Shown here one piece after another: positions 41,020 through 51,553 of a stretch of 64,000 nt of DNA. A program made the position numbers and the translations under genes. Each line of letters starts with the position of its first letter. Within the stretch, counting starts at the first letter, position 1. The DNA is taken from positions 43,323 to 107,322 of the IMG/VR virus record IMGVR_UViG_3300003872_000001. One strand, 5' to 3'. The notes beneath the pieces were generated by a model. That model saw nothing but the letters and a program-made list of their open reading frames with translations. It ran no database searches and was not told the DNA's origin. This DNA is from a virus.

Positions 41020-41320
41020 GTTTAGCTGCATAAGCCACTTGTTAAATCGTAAAAGAAAGAGTGCACATATCCTACAACTCTAGAAGTTTAGTAGAGATCA
41101 AGTGATTTCGAAATGATGAAGGATAAATCTTGTGTTTAGTCATAAGAAGATTAGACACAAGCAGTTCATAAAGAGAACGGATACTATGTAACGAATAGTA
41201 TCGAATACACATAAGATAGACCTTAGTTACTCTTTACTCTTAAGAGTAACTCAATAACCTATTGATAATACTCTACATTAGGGTTCTAAATAGGTAATAC
41301 TTAATACTGTAGGCTGCAGA
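41020..41320 (+). ncRNA. Putative novel structured ncRNA sharing peripheral domains with the group I introns
   Basis: ORF-free, multi-hairpin region. Modules at 41091-41115 and 41161-41205 match intron P7.2-like and P9-like segments with compensatory changes. Confidence 0.6.
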
Positions 41321-41337
41321 ATAAGATAAGTATACGT

Positions 41338-41371
41338 ATATACACTAGTAGCATATGCTACTAGTGTATAT
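41338..41371. terminator. Bidirectional terminator
   Basis: atatacactagtagc-atat-gctactagtgtatat followed by a T-run. Confidence 0.8.
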
Positions 41372-41379
41372 TATTTTTT

Positions 41380-42249
41380 TTAGTAGTCGTTAAAACCTAC
41401 TTTAGATGCAGTAACATTAGCGTCCGCTCCATCTTTATTAGGTACAATCATATCAGTGTCAGGTATTTTATTAAGTACACTTAACGCTGACAATGTTGTT
41501 TGTCCTAAGTCCAAAACATTTTCATTGTTCATAGTTATACCAGTCCAGTCAATAGAAAGTTCTTTACCTTCTCCGGCTGAATTCATATTCCTTTGCCCAG
41601 TTCTTTCGCCGTTTGATTTAGGCATCATATTAACTCTTAGCCAAGCATCAACTACAACCTTTTGAGTAATATCAGGTTCTATAAATAACACCGTACCGGT
41701 ATAAAAATCTGGAGTATAAATACCAATAGTATCCATATTTTTAATTAAATTAGATACTAATGGTTTTTTAGTATCAGGATCCATCATACCATATCGGATT
41801 AGAATATCAAAGAACTTAGTAATAGCTTTATTAGCTTTTTCTTTATAAGTTGTAGCTAATGAACTTCTAGCTCTTTTGACATCAGTTATTGACTCTTGTT
41901 GTTCACCGCCACCGCCAATTGGTGTTTCATCAAATTCAACTGTTAAACCTGAAGTTAAACCAGTTATAGTTAATGGATGAAGTTCTATAAGAGCTTTATA
42001 CGTAGCTATCCATTTTGCCGTGTCTTGCATATATTGAAAAAATCCAGGTGTTCGCAGAACGATCGGGATTACATTATTCGATACATATGACGCATTCGAT
42101 ATCCATTCGTCATATACTTTACCATCAGCAGCGATAGTACCTATCTTAGGCATATATCCTTGCTGTCCACCATCAACTAAGTTTGCGGTTGGTGCAGCTT
42201 CTGCAAAAAGTTTATTCTTTTCTAAAACAGCATTTTTTAATCTTGCCAT
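41380..42249 (-). CDS. Tail tube protein, phiKZ gp30-like
   Basis: 289 aa downstream of the sheath; ITGLTSGLTVE, YGMMDPDTK, TVLFIEPD, NMMPKSNG. Confidence 0.8.
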   Translation of the reverse strand: MARLKNAVLEKNKLFAEAAPTANLVDGGQQGYMPKIGTIAADGKVYDEWISNASYVSNNVIPIVLRTPGFFQYMQDTAKWIATYKALIELHPLTITGLTSGLTVEFDETPIGGGGEQQESITDVKRARSSLATTYKEKANKAITKFFDILIRYGMMDPDTKKPLVSNLIKNMDTIGIYTPDFYTGTVLFIEPDITQKVVVDAWLRVNMMPKSNGERTGQRNMNSAGEGKELSIDWTGITMNNENVLDLGQTTLSALSVLNKIPDTDMIVPNKDGADANVTASKVGFNDY

Positions 42250-42328
42250 ATTAAATCCTTTTTTATTTTTTGTAGAACTTAAGAAAGCCCTATTTAGTTC
42301 CTTTTAAAAGGAACTTATAGATGAGTGA

Positions 42329-44503
42329 TTATTTTTTAGCTAAATCACTTAAACGATGAGCTTCTATTGTTGTTACCTGAACAGAAAGCATATTAGAGCT
42401 GTAGATACTTATTATCAAATTCCAACTATATCCACGTTGTATATCAGCATCTGTAAATACAACTTCTGGAATAATTACAAACATACCTGCAAATCGATCT
42501 TTAATATTTAGGTTAACAAAATCTACAACTTGTTGTGCGAATTCTGCTTTAGTAAGAGCCACAGAGCCAGTGAAGTTACGCCATGCCCAGTCAGCTACTT
42601 TTTGTAATGTACAAATTGCTGCAACTGTAAACCAACTATTAAGAACAGAAGTATCATTATCATACACAGTTTGAATAGCAGGGAAACTATATTGTCGTCT
42701 ATCATATGGTTGTGCCCATACTAAACCACTATTCCATAAGACTGGCTTAATACCTGCTGGTATGAATTTTGGTTCATAATCTATTAATTCTGTTAATATA
42801 TTTCCTGGAGCTTTATCAAATAGATAAACTGGATTCCATTTACCATCGCCTGCACCCATCATTTTAGATGATTTAATAAGAAGGCTGTAAGTAGCAGGTA
42901 TTGCATCTTGTGTACTATTATCAGGCATCTTTCCTGTACCAGCAACTAAAACACCTCTCATAACAGATGTACCAAAATATGTTGATTCCGGAGTTAACTT
43001 CAATCGAGTTTTTAGTGCAACAGCAATAGCTCTTTCATCACTGAGTGGTAATGTCTTTGTACCTAATGAAGCATCATGTGTACCCATAATAACTGCGGTA
43101 TCTTTTCTAACAGCTATAAAATTACATAATTCTTCTTTAGTTGGTAATGTAAAACCTGAATCATACATAACACTTTCGACATTGATTGCCAAATCCATTA
43201 CAGTACTATTTATATCTAAATATTTCTGCATTTCAGCAACTACTAATTTTTCAAACATTTCATTTGATAGCGTACCATCCGAACCACCATTCATAAAGAT
43301 AGGTGTTTTATAAGAAAATTGTGTTACAGTTTCACCTTTAGTAGGTGTTACATTATTGTCTACTATCAAGCTAAAGTAGTTGATAGATTTACTAGATTCA
43401 GCATTAAAAATATCAAGTAGATAAAATTGTTCTGGGTTCTTAGCAAGTGTAGTGCCAGTATCGGCAAAGTCAAACCATGTGGATGTTGCAGCACTTAAGC
43501 CATCTTCCCAAACAGTAGGAGTATTGCTAACGTATTTAGCTTCTTCCGCCATAACTAAACCTAATACAAGTTCATAATTCTCTTTATAAAATTTCCTATT
43601 ACCAAAATCACTATATTTAAGAGGTAGTAATGGGTTACCTTCGTTGAACCAGTTGTTATCAAAAACAGCATCAAAATCATATCGTGCTTGAGTTAATGGA
43701 TTTATCGCTTTTTCTCTAAATGTAAACATTACACTTGGTTCACCGTACAATGATCTCATTCTAACAGGTGTAGCATTAGGATTTGGTCGTTCGAATAAAG
43801 ATAAGTTATATGGTAATGCTTGATTAGCTGTTAGCAATCTGTCATCTATATTATCATGAAGAACTTTATCTATACTAAAGCCAATATTGTTATATGCTTC
43901 ACCCTGATATGCAGCTACAAATTCTAGTATAGGATACATAGTTGAAGTAGTTGCTGTACCAGTTGAAGTTTTTCCTTTTAGGTTACCTGCTTTAGATTTA
44001 GCAGTACCAAATGTATACATTGGGTCAGTCATAACTTCAGTTACTATATTAACTTTATGACCACTAATCGTAGGTGTGGTAGTATTAGCTATCGGGTCAC
44101 CGTTAGTGTCTAGTACATAATCACCTGTTGATGTTCTTTTATAATTAGGGATTTGATCCGCTACTATATCTAAATAAACTACTATATTAGATTTAATACC
44201 AGCATCAGTAGGTATAACTCGCTGAGCCATAACTGTAGAACCAGCTCCGACAGCACCAGTTAAAAATCTAGTAGAATGATTATAATACTGTTTATTCATA
44301 TCAAATGTTTCTTCGCCATACATAAGTAACATAGGTCCACCAGCTGTAAGTGTAGGGACTGTTGTTCCTTTTCTAGCAAAAATGAAACTTTTCAATAGAT
44401 GTTGCGGTATTTCTAATGCACCAGGTTTAATAACTCTGGTACTAAGGTCATCAGTACCTAAGCTCTTATTCATTGGGGAACTAGAGATAATATTTAAAGA
44501 CAT
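42329..44503 (-). CDS. Tail sheath protein, phiKZ gp29-like
   Basis: 724 aa; IPQHL, YGEETFD, GGSDGT, YDSGFTL, QTVYDNDTSVLNS, D..RGYSW. Confidence 0.85.
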   Translation of the reverse strand: MSLNIISSSPMNKSLGTDDLSTRVIKPGALEIPQHLLKSFIFARKGTTVPTLTAGGPMLLMYGEETFDMNKQYYNHSTRFLTGAVGAGSTVMAQRVIPTDAGIKSNIVVYLDIVADQIPNYKRTSTGDYVLDTNGDPIANTTTPTISGHKVNIVTEVMTDPMYTFGTAKSKAGNLKGKTSTGTATTSTMYPILEFVAAYQGEAYNNIGFSIDKVLHDNIDDRLLTANQALPYNLSLFERPNPNATPVRMRSLYGEPSVMFTFREKAINPLTQARYDFDAVFDNNWFNEGNPLLPLKYSDFGNRKFYKENYELVLGLVMAEEAKYVSNTPTVWEDGLSAATSTWFDFADTGTTLAKNPEQFYLLDIFNAESSKSINYFSLIVDNNVTPTKGETVTQFSYKTPIFMNGGSDGTLSNEMFEKLVVAEMQKYLDINSTVMDLAINVESVMYDSGFTLPTKEELCNFIAVRKDTAVIMGTHDASLGTKTLPLSDERAIAVALKTRLKLTPESTYFGTSVMRGVLVAGTGKMPDNSTQDAIPATYSLLIKSSKMMGAGDGKWNPVYLFDKAPGNILTELIDYEPKFIPAGIKPVLWNSGLVWAQPYDRRQYSFPAIQTVYDNDTSVLNSWFTVAAICTLQKVADWAWRNFTGSVALTKAEFAQQVVDFVNLNIKDRFAGMFVIIPEVVFTDADIQRGYSWNLIISIYSSNMLSVQVTTIEAHRLSDLAKK

Positions 44504-44647
44504 GTTGTCTCCTTATTAATTTATTTCTTTAAGGTTAATTAAAACCAAGAGTATATGCATACTCATTAGTGTAATTCTACACTATATCACATGTGATAGT
44601 TTGTTTTGTAACAAATTCTCAACTAAATGAAAAATTTTAACTAGATA

Positions 44648-46447
44648 TTAGTAGAATTTACTTATAGATTCTGTTTTAGTAGTGGTGTCTAATATAGCCC
44701 TTAATACATCACCAGTTTTCAATTTTATACAAGTATTAGGTTCTGTATTATTTACATTAGGATTAACTATATCGTCTAATGTTCCATTTATAGGGTTATA
44801 AATCATAAAGTTATTAGAATCAGTATAATTAGTTTTAAAGATAACTGAATTGGTATTTACAAGATCAACTTTTTGTAAATCACTATTTCTAAAGGCTTTT
44901 GGTACTCTCACACCATCCAACCATATTTTTTCTTTTATATTATAGTCTTTGCTTATAGCGCTTGTACCGCCCATAACAGTAACACGACCATCATGTTGGT
45001 CTACTAATGTTGCATTACCTAATCCGGTTAATGGTACCTTTGTAACTGTAGTTACAGCTTTCGTAGTGAAATTTATAGATTTTAATATTGAACCTCCTAC
45101 TGGAAGATATATGGCTTCATCCACACCAGTCATAACTATTCCGTTTGTTTTACCTAAAGGTATGGTTTCATCAGCTAATGTTATAGTTTGTTTAAACTGG
45201 ACAGTATTAGTATAAGCATCAAAATCGTATATATCAAATACTACATCTCCATTATTATTAACTGTATTAATTACTAATAAGTTATTAGGTAATAATTTTA
45301 TCCACATATTACTTTTATTATTATATAATGTAACATTAGGTAAAGTTTTAACAATATTTAATCTTTGAGTACTCCTATCATAATTTGCTAATACAAATTG
45401 TCCATTACTAACCATCGGTATCTGTTTAGTATATATTTCATTAGTTACCATAAATGGTGGCATAAGATTATTAGTAGTATCATACATAAACTTTGTTTTA
45501 TTTGCATATGTAAAATTCTTATCTATTATATCAAATTCATTAATAGTAACTGTGTTTAATGTAATTTCATTAGTTAAATAACTACCATCACCAACCATAC
45601 TTAAAAGAGTTATTGTATAAGTATTATTATCGGCTAATAACTCTCCGGGTATTAAAACTCTGGGAGCTGTTGGTAATATGTTTTTACTATATATAGGATC
45701 TTTTGTAAATGTGTCAAATACCTCTAATTTTATAACACCATAGTCTTTATATTGGTTAACTTTTTTAAAATTAATTATATAATCATTATAAGGATATACT
45801 CTATTATTATTGGTATTAGTTATTTCATAATTAAACAAATTATTAGATAGTATAATGTTTCTTATACCAGCTCTACTAGTCATCCCACTACCTGTACCAT
45901 GTATAGCTATAATTTTTAACATAGCTAAATTATATAAATTGATATCTGCCTTATTGATAGTAATACTAGTTAGGTTAGTAGTATCAGCTAAAGAAGCAAA
46001 TACTACATCACCTGTGCCATTGTATATTACCCAATCTGTTAAACTATGACCTTCTAATGTACTTTTAAAAGTACTAGTTTTAATCGTAAAAGTAGATTTA
46101 CTTTTATCTTTTATTTCATCTTCATTTATATAAACCATAGGAGTATCAATAACCACATCTACATTTATCAATAAGGTACTTGCATTATCTTCCACACTAC
46201 CTCTCACTGGCACCAAATCACTCCAACCTGAACTCGTATTATTATTAAAGAATCTTTCTGCTCTGATATAATATACAGCGTTAGTAGGTGGTGTTATATT
46301 ACTATAATATATATCTAAGAATTCTGTACTATTATAAAGACTATCTAACTTAATAGTCATTGCAGCATCACCCCAAACTTCCCATGATGTTTGGATATGA
46401 TCTACATTATTAATAGGTACCCATTTCTTAATTTTAAGTGTAATCAT
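44648..46447 (-). CDS. Putative virion protein with Ig-like and Kelch/beta-propeller-like regions
   Basis: Beta-rich 599 aa; repeated H..T.W motifs at the N-terminus; Kelch-like ATLVDQHDGRVTVMGG. Confidence 0.5.
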   Translation of the reverse strand: MITLKIKKWVPINNVDHIQTSWEVWGDAAMTIKLDSLYNSTEFLDIYYSNITPPTNAVYYIRAERFFNNNTSSGWSDLVPVRGSVEDNASTLLINVDVVIDTPMVYINEDEIKDKSKSTFTIKTSTFKSTLEGHSLTDWVIYNGTGDVVFASLADTTNLTSITINKADINLYNLAMLKIIAIHGTGSGMTSRAGIRNIILSNNLFNYEITNTNNNRVYPYNDYIINFKKVNQYKDYGVIKLEVFDTFTKDPIYSKNILPTAPRVLIPGELLADNNTYTITLLSMVGDGSYLTNEITLNTVTINEFDIIDKNFTYANKTKFMYDTTNNLMPPFMVTNEIYTKQIPMVSNGQFVLANYDRSTQRLNIVKTLPNVTLYNNKSNMWIKLLPNNLLVINTVNNNGDVVFDIYDFDAYTNTVQFKQTITLADETIPLGKTNGIVMTGVDEAIYLPVGGSILKSINFTTKAVTTVTKVPLTGLGNATLVDQHDGRVTVMGGTSAISKDYNIKEKIWLDGVRVPKAFRNSDLQKVDLVNTNSVIFKTNYTDSNNFMIYNPINGTLDDIVNPNVNNTEPNTCIKLKTGDVLRAILDTTTKTESISKFY

Positions 46448-46546
46448 ATCTATCTCCTGTAATTTGAATATTCAACTAATTATCACCACCCCTCGTAAAA
46501 AATCAAATATTCTCTAATACTATGAGTACATAAATAAGGAAATAAA

Positions 46547-48976
46547 ATGCAAATAAAGAAACTTATTTTACATAAATATAATAGATATAATTTTAATAAT
46601 ATAGAAACTTTAGAATATACACCACAACAACATTTACAAATTATACTAGGTACTAATTTAAGTGGTAAAAGTTCTACTATGAAAGAGCTATCACCTCTTC
46701 CTGCTGATATTAAAAAAGATTTTAAAGAAGGAGGTTACAAAAAAATAACTATACTTCATAATAACAAAGAATACGATATATCATCTGGTGTAATAAGTTC
46801 TACCAAACATAGTTTTAAAATAGATAATATAGAACAGAACCCTACTGGTCTTAGAAAAATACAATTAGAGTTAGTAAAAGAACATTTTAATTTAACACCA
46901 CAAGTATTCAGCATTATATTAGGTACTCATAAATTCACAGGAATGTCTATAGCTGATAGAAGAAAATGGTTAACTACTATATCTAATGTTGACTACACTT
47001 ATCCCCTGGGTGTTTATAACAAGATAAAAAATAATTACAGAGATATAGTCGGCGCTCTTAAAATAGCTAATAATAAACTATTGCAAAATACTGATAAAGT
47101 AATTGAGCCAAAACTTAAATCTAAATTATTAAAAGATTTAGAGCACCTTAATAAACTAATAGACCATATCTTATCTACTAAAACAAATGTTAATTATAAT
47201 GAATCTAATTTCGTATCAGTATTAAAAACTTCTATAGCTGAAGTAAGACAAGCACTAAGTACTTTAAATCTTAATATAGAAAACCCTGAAGAAAAAGTAG
47301 TCGCTAAACAATATGAGTTGAAAACAGTTATAAATAATATAACTATGATCAATGATAAACTAAATAAGATATCTAAAATAGATACTAGTTTAGATTTAAA
47401 AACTTTATATAAAGAAAAAGACATTTTAACACAACAATTAAAAGAGTTAAGTAGCTTAAATAAATATGGAGTTGATCTCGACATCATAGATACGGTTATT
47501 GCTTCTTATAATGAAATCTCAACTGATATTATATCTCTGTTAAATAACATAGCTGAAATAGATGTTATTTATTCTGCTGATAAGTTACACAAACTTAATA
47601 ATAAAATAAACCAATTTAATTCTGATAAAGAAAAGATCACTAACCATATAAATAGGTTACAATTAGAAAAGAAAAAATATGATGACCTATTAAATAAACC
47701 ATCTATAACATGTGACAAATGTGGTAATGAGTGGAAACTTAATTATGATAAGATAACACATACTAATGTTATAGAAAAACTAAGTTCATTAGAAGATCAA
47801 CTCGATAAGTTAAATAATGTTATTGAAACAACTAAAAAGATATATGACGAATATATAGTTAAAAAGAATAGTATAGATAACTTAAGGAATTATATTAAAA
47901 ATAATATAGTAATTAAACCTATTTTTAATTACATATTTACTAAATATGATCTACAAAAAGATACAGGTCCTATACTTAATGAATTTAATATGGTTACGAT
48001 ATTCCTTAATAGGATAAAAAATTATACTGCTATTAAAGATAAGTTAATATCATTAGAGAATGATATCAACATAGTTAAAACTTCGGATAAAGTTAAAAAT
48101 GAATTAACTATATTAAATAAAGAATCTCTTAATAAAGATTTATCTTCGAATATAGCTAAAAGAGAGGATCTATTAAAACAGATAAAAGATTTAAATAATT
48201 ATATTAATAAGAAACAAGAAATCACAGTGTTAGCCGATAAATTAAAAAATGCTATTAAGCAAACCTATCGACATAGAGATTATACCTTAAATAAGATAAA
48301 AAATGAACATCTTAATGAACTTGTTAATCTCCTCAGATATGATGTATCACAGATAGAATCTAGACTTAAGGATGATGAGTTAGCTGCTACTAGAACTCAT
48401 ATTATAAAAAAAGATATCGATGAATATCAATCTAAAGAAAAAATACTTAAAATCATGATGAAAGAATTATCACCTACAGAAGGTCTTATAGCTAAGAGTA
48501 TCAATAGTTTCTTAAATTTATTCATTAAAGATCTTAATATCATAGTCAATAGTCTATTTATTAATGATATTAAAGTATTAGCTCCTAATATAGAAGATGG
48601 TGATCTTGACTACAAATTCCCTATCCTTATGAATAATACTGATACAATAAATGATGTCTCAGAAGGCAGTACTGGTCTTAAAGAAGTATTAGATTTAGCA
48701 TTTAGAATTATATTTATGAAATATTTAGGTCTTAACGATTTTCCTTTATACCTAGATGAATATGCTGTAAATGCAGATACCGGTAATAGAATAAAAGCTT
48801 ATACTGCTATTGAAACCATATTAGGTCCTAATTTTAGTCAAGTATTTTTAATAAGTCATTTTGAAAGTATGTTCGGTAGATTCAGTAATGCTGATATATC
48901 TGTTCTTAGTAAAGAGAATTTACTTATAGATGATGATCTAACATATAACCAACACCTTAAACTAACTTATAACTGA
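46547..48976 (+). CDS. sbcC: SbcC/Rad50-like SMC ATPase, phiKZ gp165-like
   Basis: Walker A GTNLSGKSS, coiled coils, CDKC zinc hook, SEGSTG signature, LYLDE Walker B, ISH. Confidence 0.88.
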   Translation: MQIKKLILHKYNRYNFNNIETLEYTPQQHLQIILGTNLSGKSSTMKELSPLPADIKKDFKEGGYKKITILHNNKEYDISSGVISSTKHSFKIDNIEQNPTGLRKIQLELVKEHFNLTPQVFSIILGTHKFTGMSIADRRKWLTTISNVDYTYPLGVYNKIKNNYRDIVGALKIANNKLLQNTDKVIEPKLKSKLLKDLEHLNKLIDHILSTKTNVNYNESNFVSVLKTSIAEVRQALSTLNLNIENPEEKVVAKQYELKTVINNITMINDKLNKISKIDTSLDLKTLYKEKDILTQQLKELSSLNKYGVDLDIIDTVIASYNEISTDIISLLNNIAEIDVIYSADKLHKLNNKINQFNSDKEKITNHINRLQLEKKKYDDLLNKPSITCDKCGNEWKLNYDKITHTNVIEKLSSLEDQLDKLNNVIETTKKIYDEYIVKKNSIDNLRNYIKNNIVIKPIFNYIFTKYDLQKDTGPILNEFNMVTIFLNRIKNYTAIKDKLISLENDINIVKTSDKVKNELTILNKESLNKDLSSNIAKREDLLKQIKDLNNYINKKQEITVLADKLKNAIKQTYRHRDYTLNKIKNEHLNELVNLLRYDVSQIESRLKDDELAATRTHIIKKDIDEYQSKEKILKIMMKELSPTEGLIAKSINSFLNLFIKDLNIIVNSLFINDIKVLAPNIEDGDLDYKFPILMNNTDTINDVSEGSTGLKEVLDLAFRIIFMKYLGLNDFPLYLDEYAVNADTGNRIKAYTAIETILGPNFSQVFLISHFESMFGRFSNADISVLSKENLLIDDDLTYNQHLKLTYN

Positions 48977-49002
48977 TGATAGCTATAGCTATCATCAGTT
49001 AT
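48969..49002. terminator. Bidirectional terminator
   Basis: ataactgatgatagc-tata-gctatcatcagttat. Confidence 0.75.
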
Positions 49003-49626
49003 CTACTTAGCTGGTATATAGTGTTCTTGTATATATTTCTCTAAAGCTTGTAATTTAATTTTATCTTGTTTATATAATTCACGCAACTCTATTAGTTGTG
49101 TTCTATAACTTTTATAAACTGATTTATCATTTTCACGAAGTTTCTTAAACTTTTCAGCTTCAGTTACTGGTATAACTGCTACAGCTGATGCTAGTATTTC
49201 CTCTACAGTACTATTAACTCCTACTATATCCTTTACATCATTTACTATAGTATCTTTAATTATAGTTAAATCCATATCAACAGGTATATTACCTAAACTA
49301 ATAGCTAAAACTCTCTCTTGATAATTTACACCATTTATCTTAGGTATACTTAATATTTTATTCGCTGGTACATAAAAGAACTCACTACCAGATGTAGTAA
49401 ATACAACTATAGGGATATCTTTATTTAAATCACTACTAAATTCACTAGAAGATAATCCTACTGGTGTGTATATAGTTAGATAAGGCTTCTCTCCACTTTT
49501 ATCTAACTCTACTAGACTCCTAACTGCCTGTACTGTATACTCCTGATTATCTCTAACTATGGTATCGAATGGAGGAGCAAACTTAAAAAAACCTTTACTA
49601 CCTATCGGTGGAACTAATGTTAACAT
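49003..49626 (-). CDS. Conserved hypothetical protein, possibly baseplate-associated
   Basis: 207 aa co-transcribed after the spike gene. Confidence 0.55.
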   Translation of the reverse strand: MLTLVPPIGSKGFFKFAPPFDTIVRDNQEYTVQAVRSLVELDKSGEKPYLTIYTPVGLSSSEFSSDLNKDIPIVVFTTSGSEFFYVPANKILSIPKINGVNYQERVLAISLGNIPVDMDLTIIKDTIVNDVKDIVGVNSTVEEILASAVAVIPVTEAEKFKKLRENDKSVYKSYRTQLIELRELYKQDKIKLQALEKYIQEHYIPAK

Positions 49627-49635
49627 ATCATATCC

Positions 49636-50511
49636 TTACATTTTAAAACTATCTATTTTTTTCTTAAGTGCTTTAAACTTATTTTTACTAGCAGATGTTC
49701 TAGGTACATTAGCACCTAGATTACCTACACCCTCATCATCCATACATACTTGTAGCCAATTGCTCAATATAGATATCAATTCACCAGTATCATTTTTTAT
49801 ACTTAATTTCTTAAGTGTTACAGATTTATTATTACCTATTGTTTCAGTACTGTTATTATTTACTGTTTCAGTACGATCATTACCTATTTTAGTAATGATG
49901 TCATGATTGGCATTAAAAGTGAAATCTTCTTTAGCACTATCTAATTCCATAGAATTATTTTTACCATCTATTAAGGTTACAGTGCCATCTTTAGTATTAA
50001 TTTCAAAATCATAAGTAGTTAGTTCACCATCGCTATCATCTGTATGTAATCTAACAAATTTATTTATAGTATCTATAGTCCAATAATAAACCTTTTCTAA
50101 TAAAGTTTTATCTTCTATAGTACCTTTATTGCTGTACACATAAGTAGCTTTTTCTCTTTTCCTAAGATCTAATTCGTTATATATAGTTCCCCAAAAGTAT
50201 TTGTCTGTATTACCATATCTATATATTCTAACAGTCTCACCTTTACATACAGAAGGAGGAGTCAGTCTATTATTATCACCATCATTTAACCATTTACACA
50301 TAATCTTAGTACTCTTAATAATTTTAGTAACTATAGTCTCACCATGTATATTAAGTACTTTAGCATTTTCTATATTTGTATCATCTATGATACCATTACT
50401 ACCTGACATTTGTTCTAACGGATGGACTTCAGCCCATACATCATCTTCTGGTAAGTCATGTGTAATCATACCTAGCGAATATACGTGTAGTGCACTTGTC
50501 TTCATATACAA
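49636..50511 (-). CDS. Baseplate central spike, phiKZ gp164-like
   Basis: NRLTPPSVCKGETVRIYRYGNTDKYFW OB-fold motif; beta-helix repeats IGNDRTETVNNNSTETIGNN. Confidence 0.75.
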   Translation of the reverse strand: MYMKTSALHVYSLGMITHDLPEDDVWAEVHPLEQMSGSNGIIDDTNIENAKVLNIHGETIVTKIIKSTKIMCKWLNDGDNNRLTPPSVCKGETVRIYRYGNTDKYFWGTIYNELDLRKREKATYVYSNKGTIEDKTLLEKVYYWTIDTINKFVRLHTDDSDGELTTYDFEINTKDGTVTLIDGKNNSMELDSAKEDFTFNANHDIITKIGNDRTETVNNNSTETIGNNKSVTLKKLSIKNDTGELISILSNWLQVCMDDEGVGNLGANVPRTSASKNKFKALKKKIDSFKM

Positions 50512-51058
50512 TCTCCTTAATTCTTTATTTCTATCTATTAGACCCCTTATTAAGCTGTTAAGTGGTATAGTTAGGTCTTAACTCATGCAAATACTAAATT
50601 AAAAATAGTTTATAGTAACATATATAGCTATACCTATACAAGCTTATATAAGCCTGTATAGTTTAATTTATTTAGTTATTATTTTAATTCAATATAGTCT
50701 ATTTAATTACTATACTCACTTAATTAATAGTTTATAATTTTTAATTTCGTATATAAGGCGGCATAGCCGCCTTATATAATATTAGTATTATAGTCTATAT
50801 AGTCTGTATTATATTAGGTCACTTTAGTTACTTAGGGTAGTTACTTTTTTACTTTAAGTTTCTATAAGGTCTCTCCGAAGATGCTGCTTCGGTCATCAAG
50901 TAAATAGTATACTTTTTAATTTATTATTAATTTATTCATAATACCCTAGTGAACTAAGTAAGTATAGTTAGTAAGTTCTTTGATTAACTTAGTAGACTAT
51001 ATTACTTAGTCTATTGAAGCAAATTCTTAAATCAATTATAAACATAAGGAACTATGCT

Positions 51059-51553
51059 ATGAGTATACAAAAAATAAGAAATAAGAAGATAAGAAATAAA
51101 CCTGTTTTTATGCCTGTAGATAAACTTCGTAAAATAGGAAAAATGAATGGTAGTATATTTAGTAGTAAGTATGTAGCTGATGATCAAGGTAATGTATATA
51201 TACATAAGATAACAGTTAAGTCTAGATCTATAAATAATGAAATATGTATCTTAGTTGTTAAGATGAACCCATACCAAACCAGGAATGGTTATATGGAATA
51301 TGTATTAACAGATAAGCATGGTATAAAGAAACATCTACAGGTACATAGGATAGTAGCTACTAAGTTTATACCTAATCCTGAGAATAAACCCCATGTTAAT
51401 CATAAGGATGGTAATAGGAGCCATAATGCTGTAGGTAATTTAGAATGGAATACTGTATCTGAGAATAATATTCACAGAGTAATGATGATGAAAAAACGTA
51501 TGGGTGATAATTATACATTTAAAATAGATAATGATATAAAAAAGGAAAACTAA
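51059..51553 (+). CDS. Free-standing HNH endonuclease (HNH_3)
   Basis: VHRIVATKFIPNPENKPHVNHKDGNRSHNAVGNLEW; ATG at 51059 follows AAGGA. Confidence 0.85.
   Translation: MSIQKIRNKKIRNKPVFMPVDKLRKIGKMNGSIFSSKYVADDQGNVYIHKITVKSRSINNEICILVVKMNPYQTRNGYMEYVLTDKHGIKKHLQVHRIVATKFIPNPENKPHVNHKDGNRSHNAVGNLEWNTVSENNIHRVMMMKKRMGDNYTFKIDNDIKKEN

Noticed and set aside
40978-41340. tRNA, tmRNA, RNase P RNA or a third complete group I intron
   Set aside because: No T-arm/CCA or tmRNA ends, no RNase P P4 signature, no P/Q/R/S core, and the flanking genes are intact.
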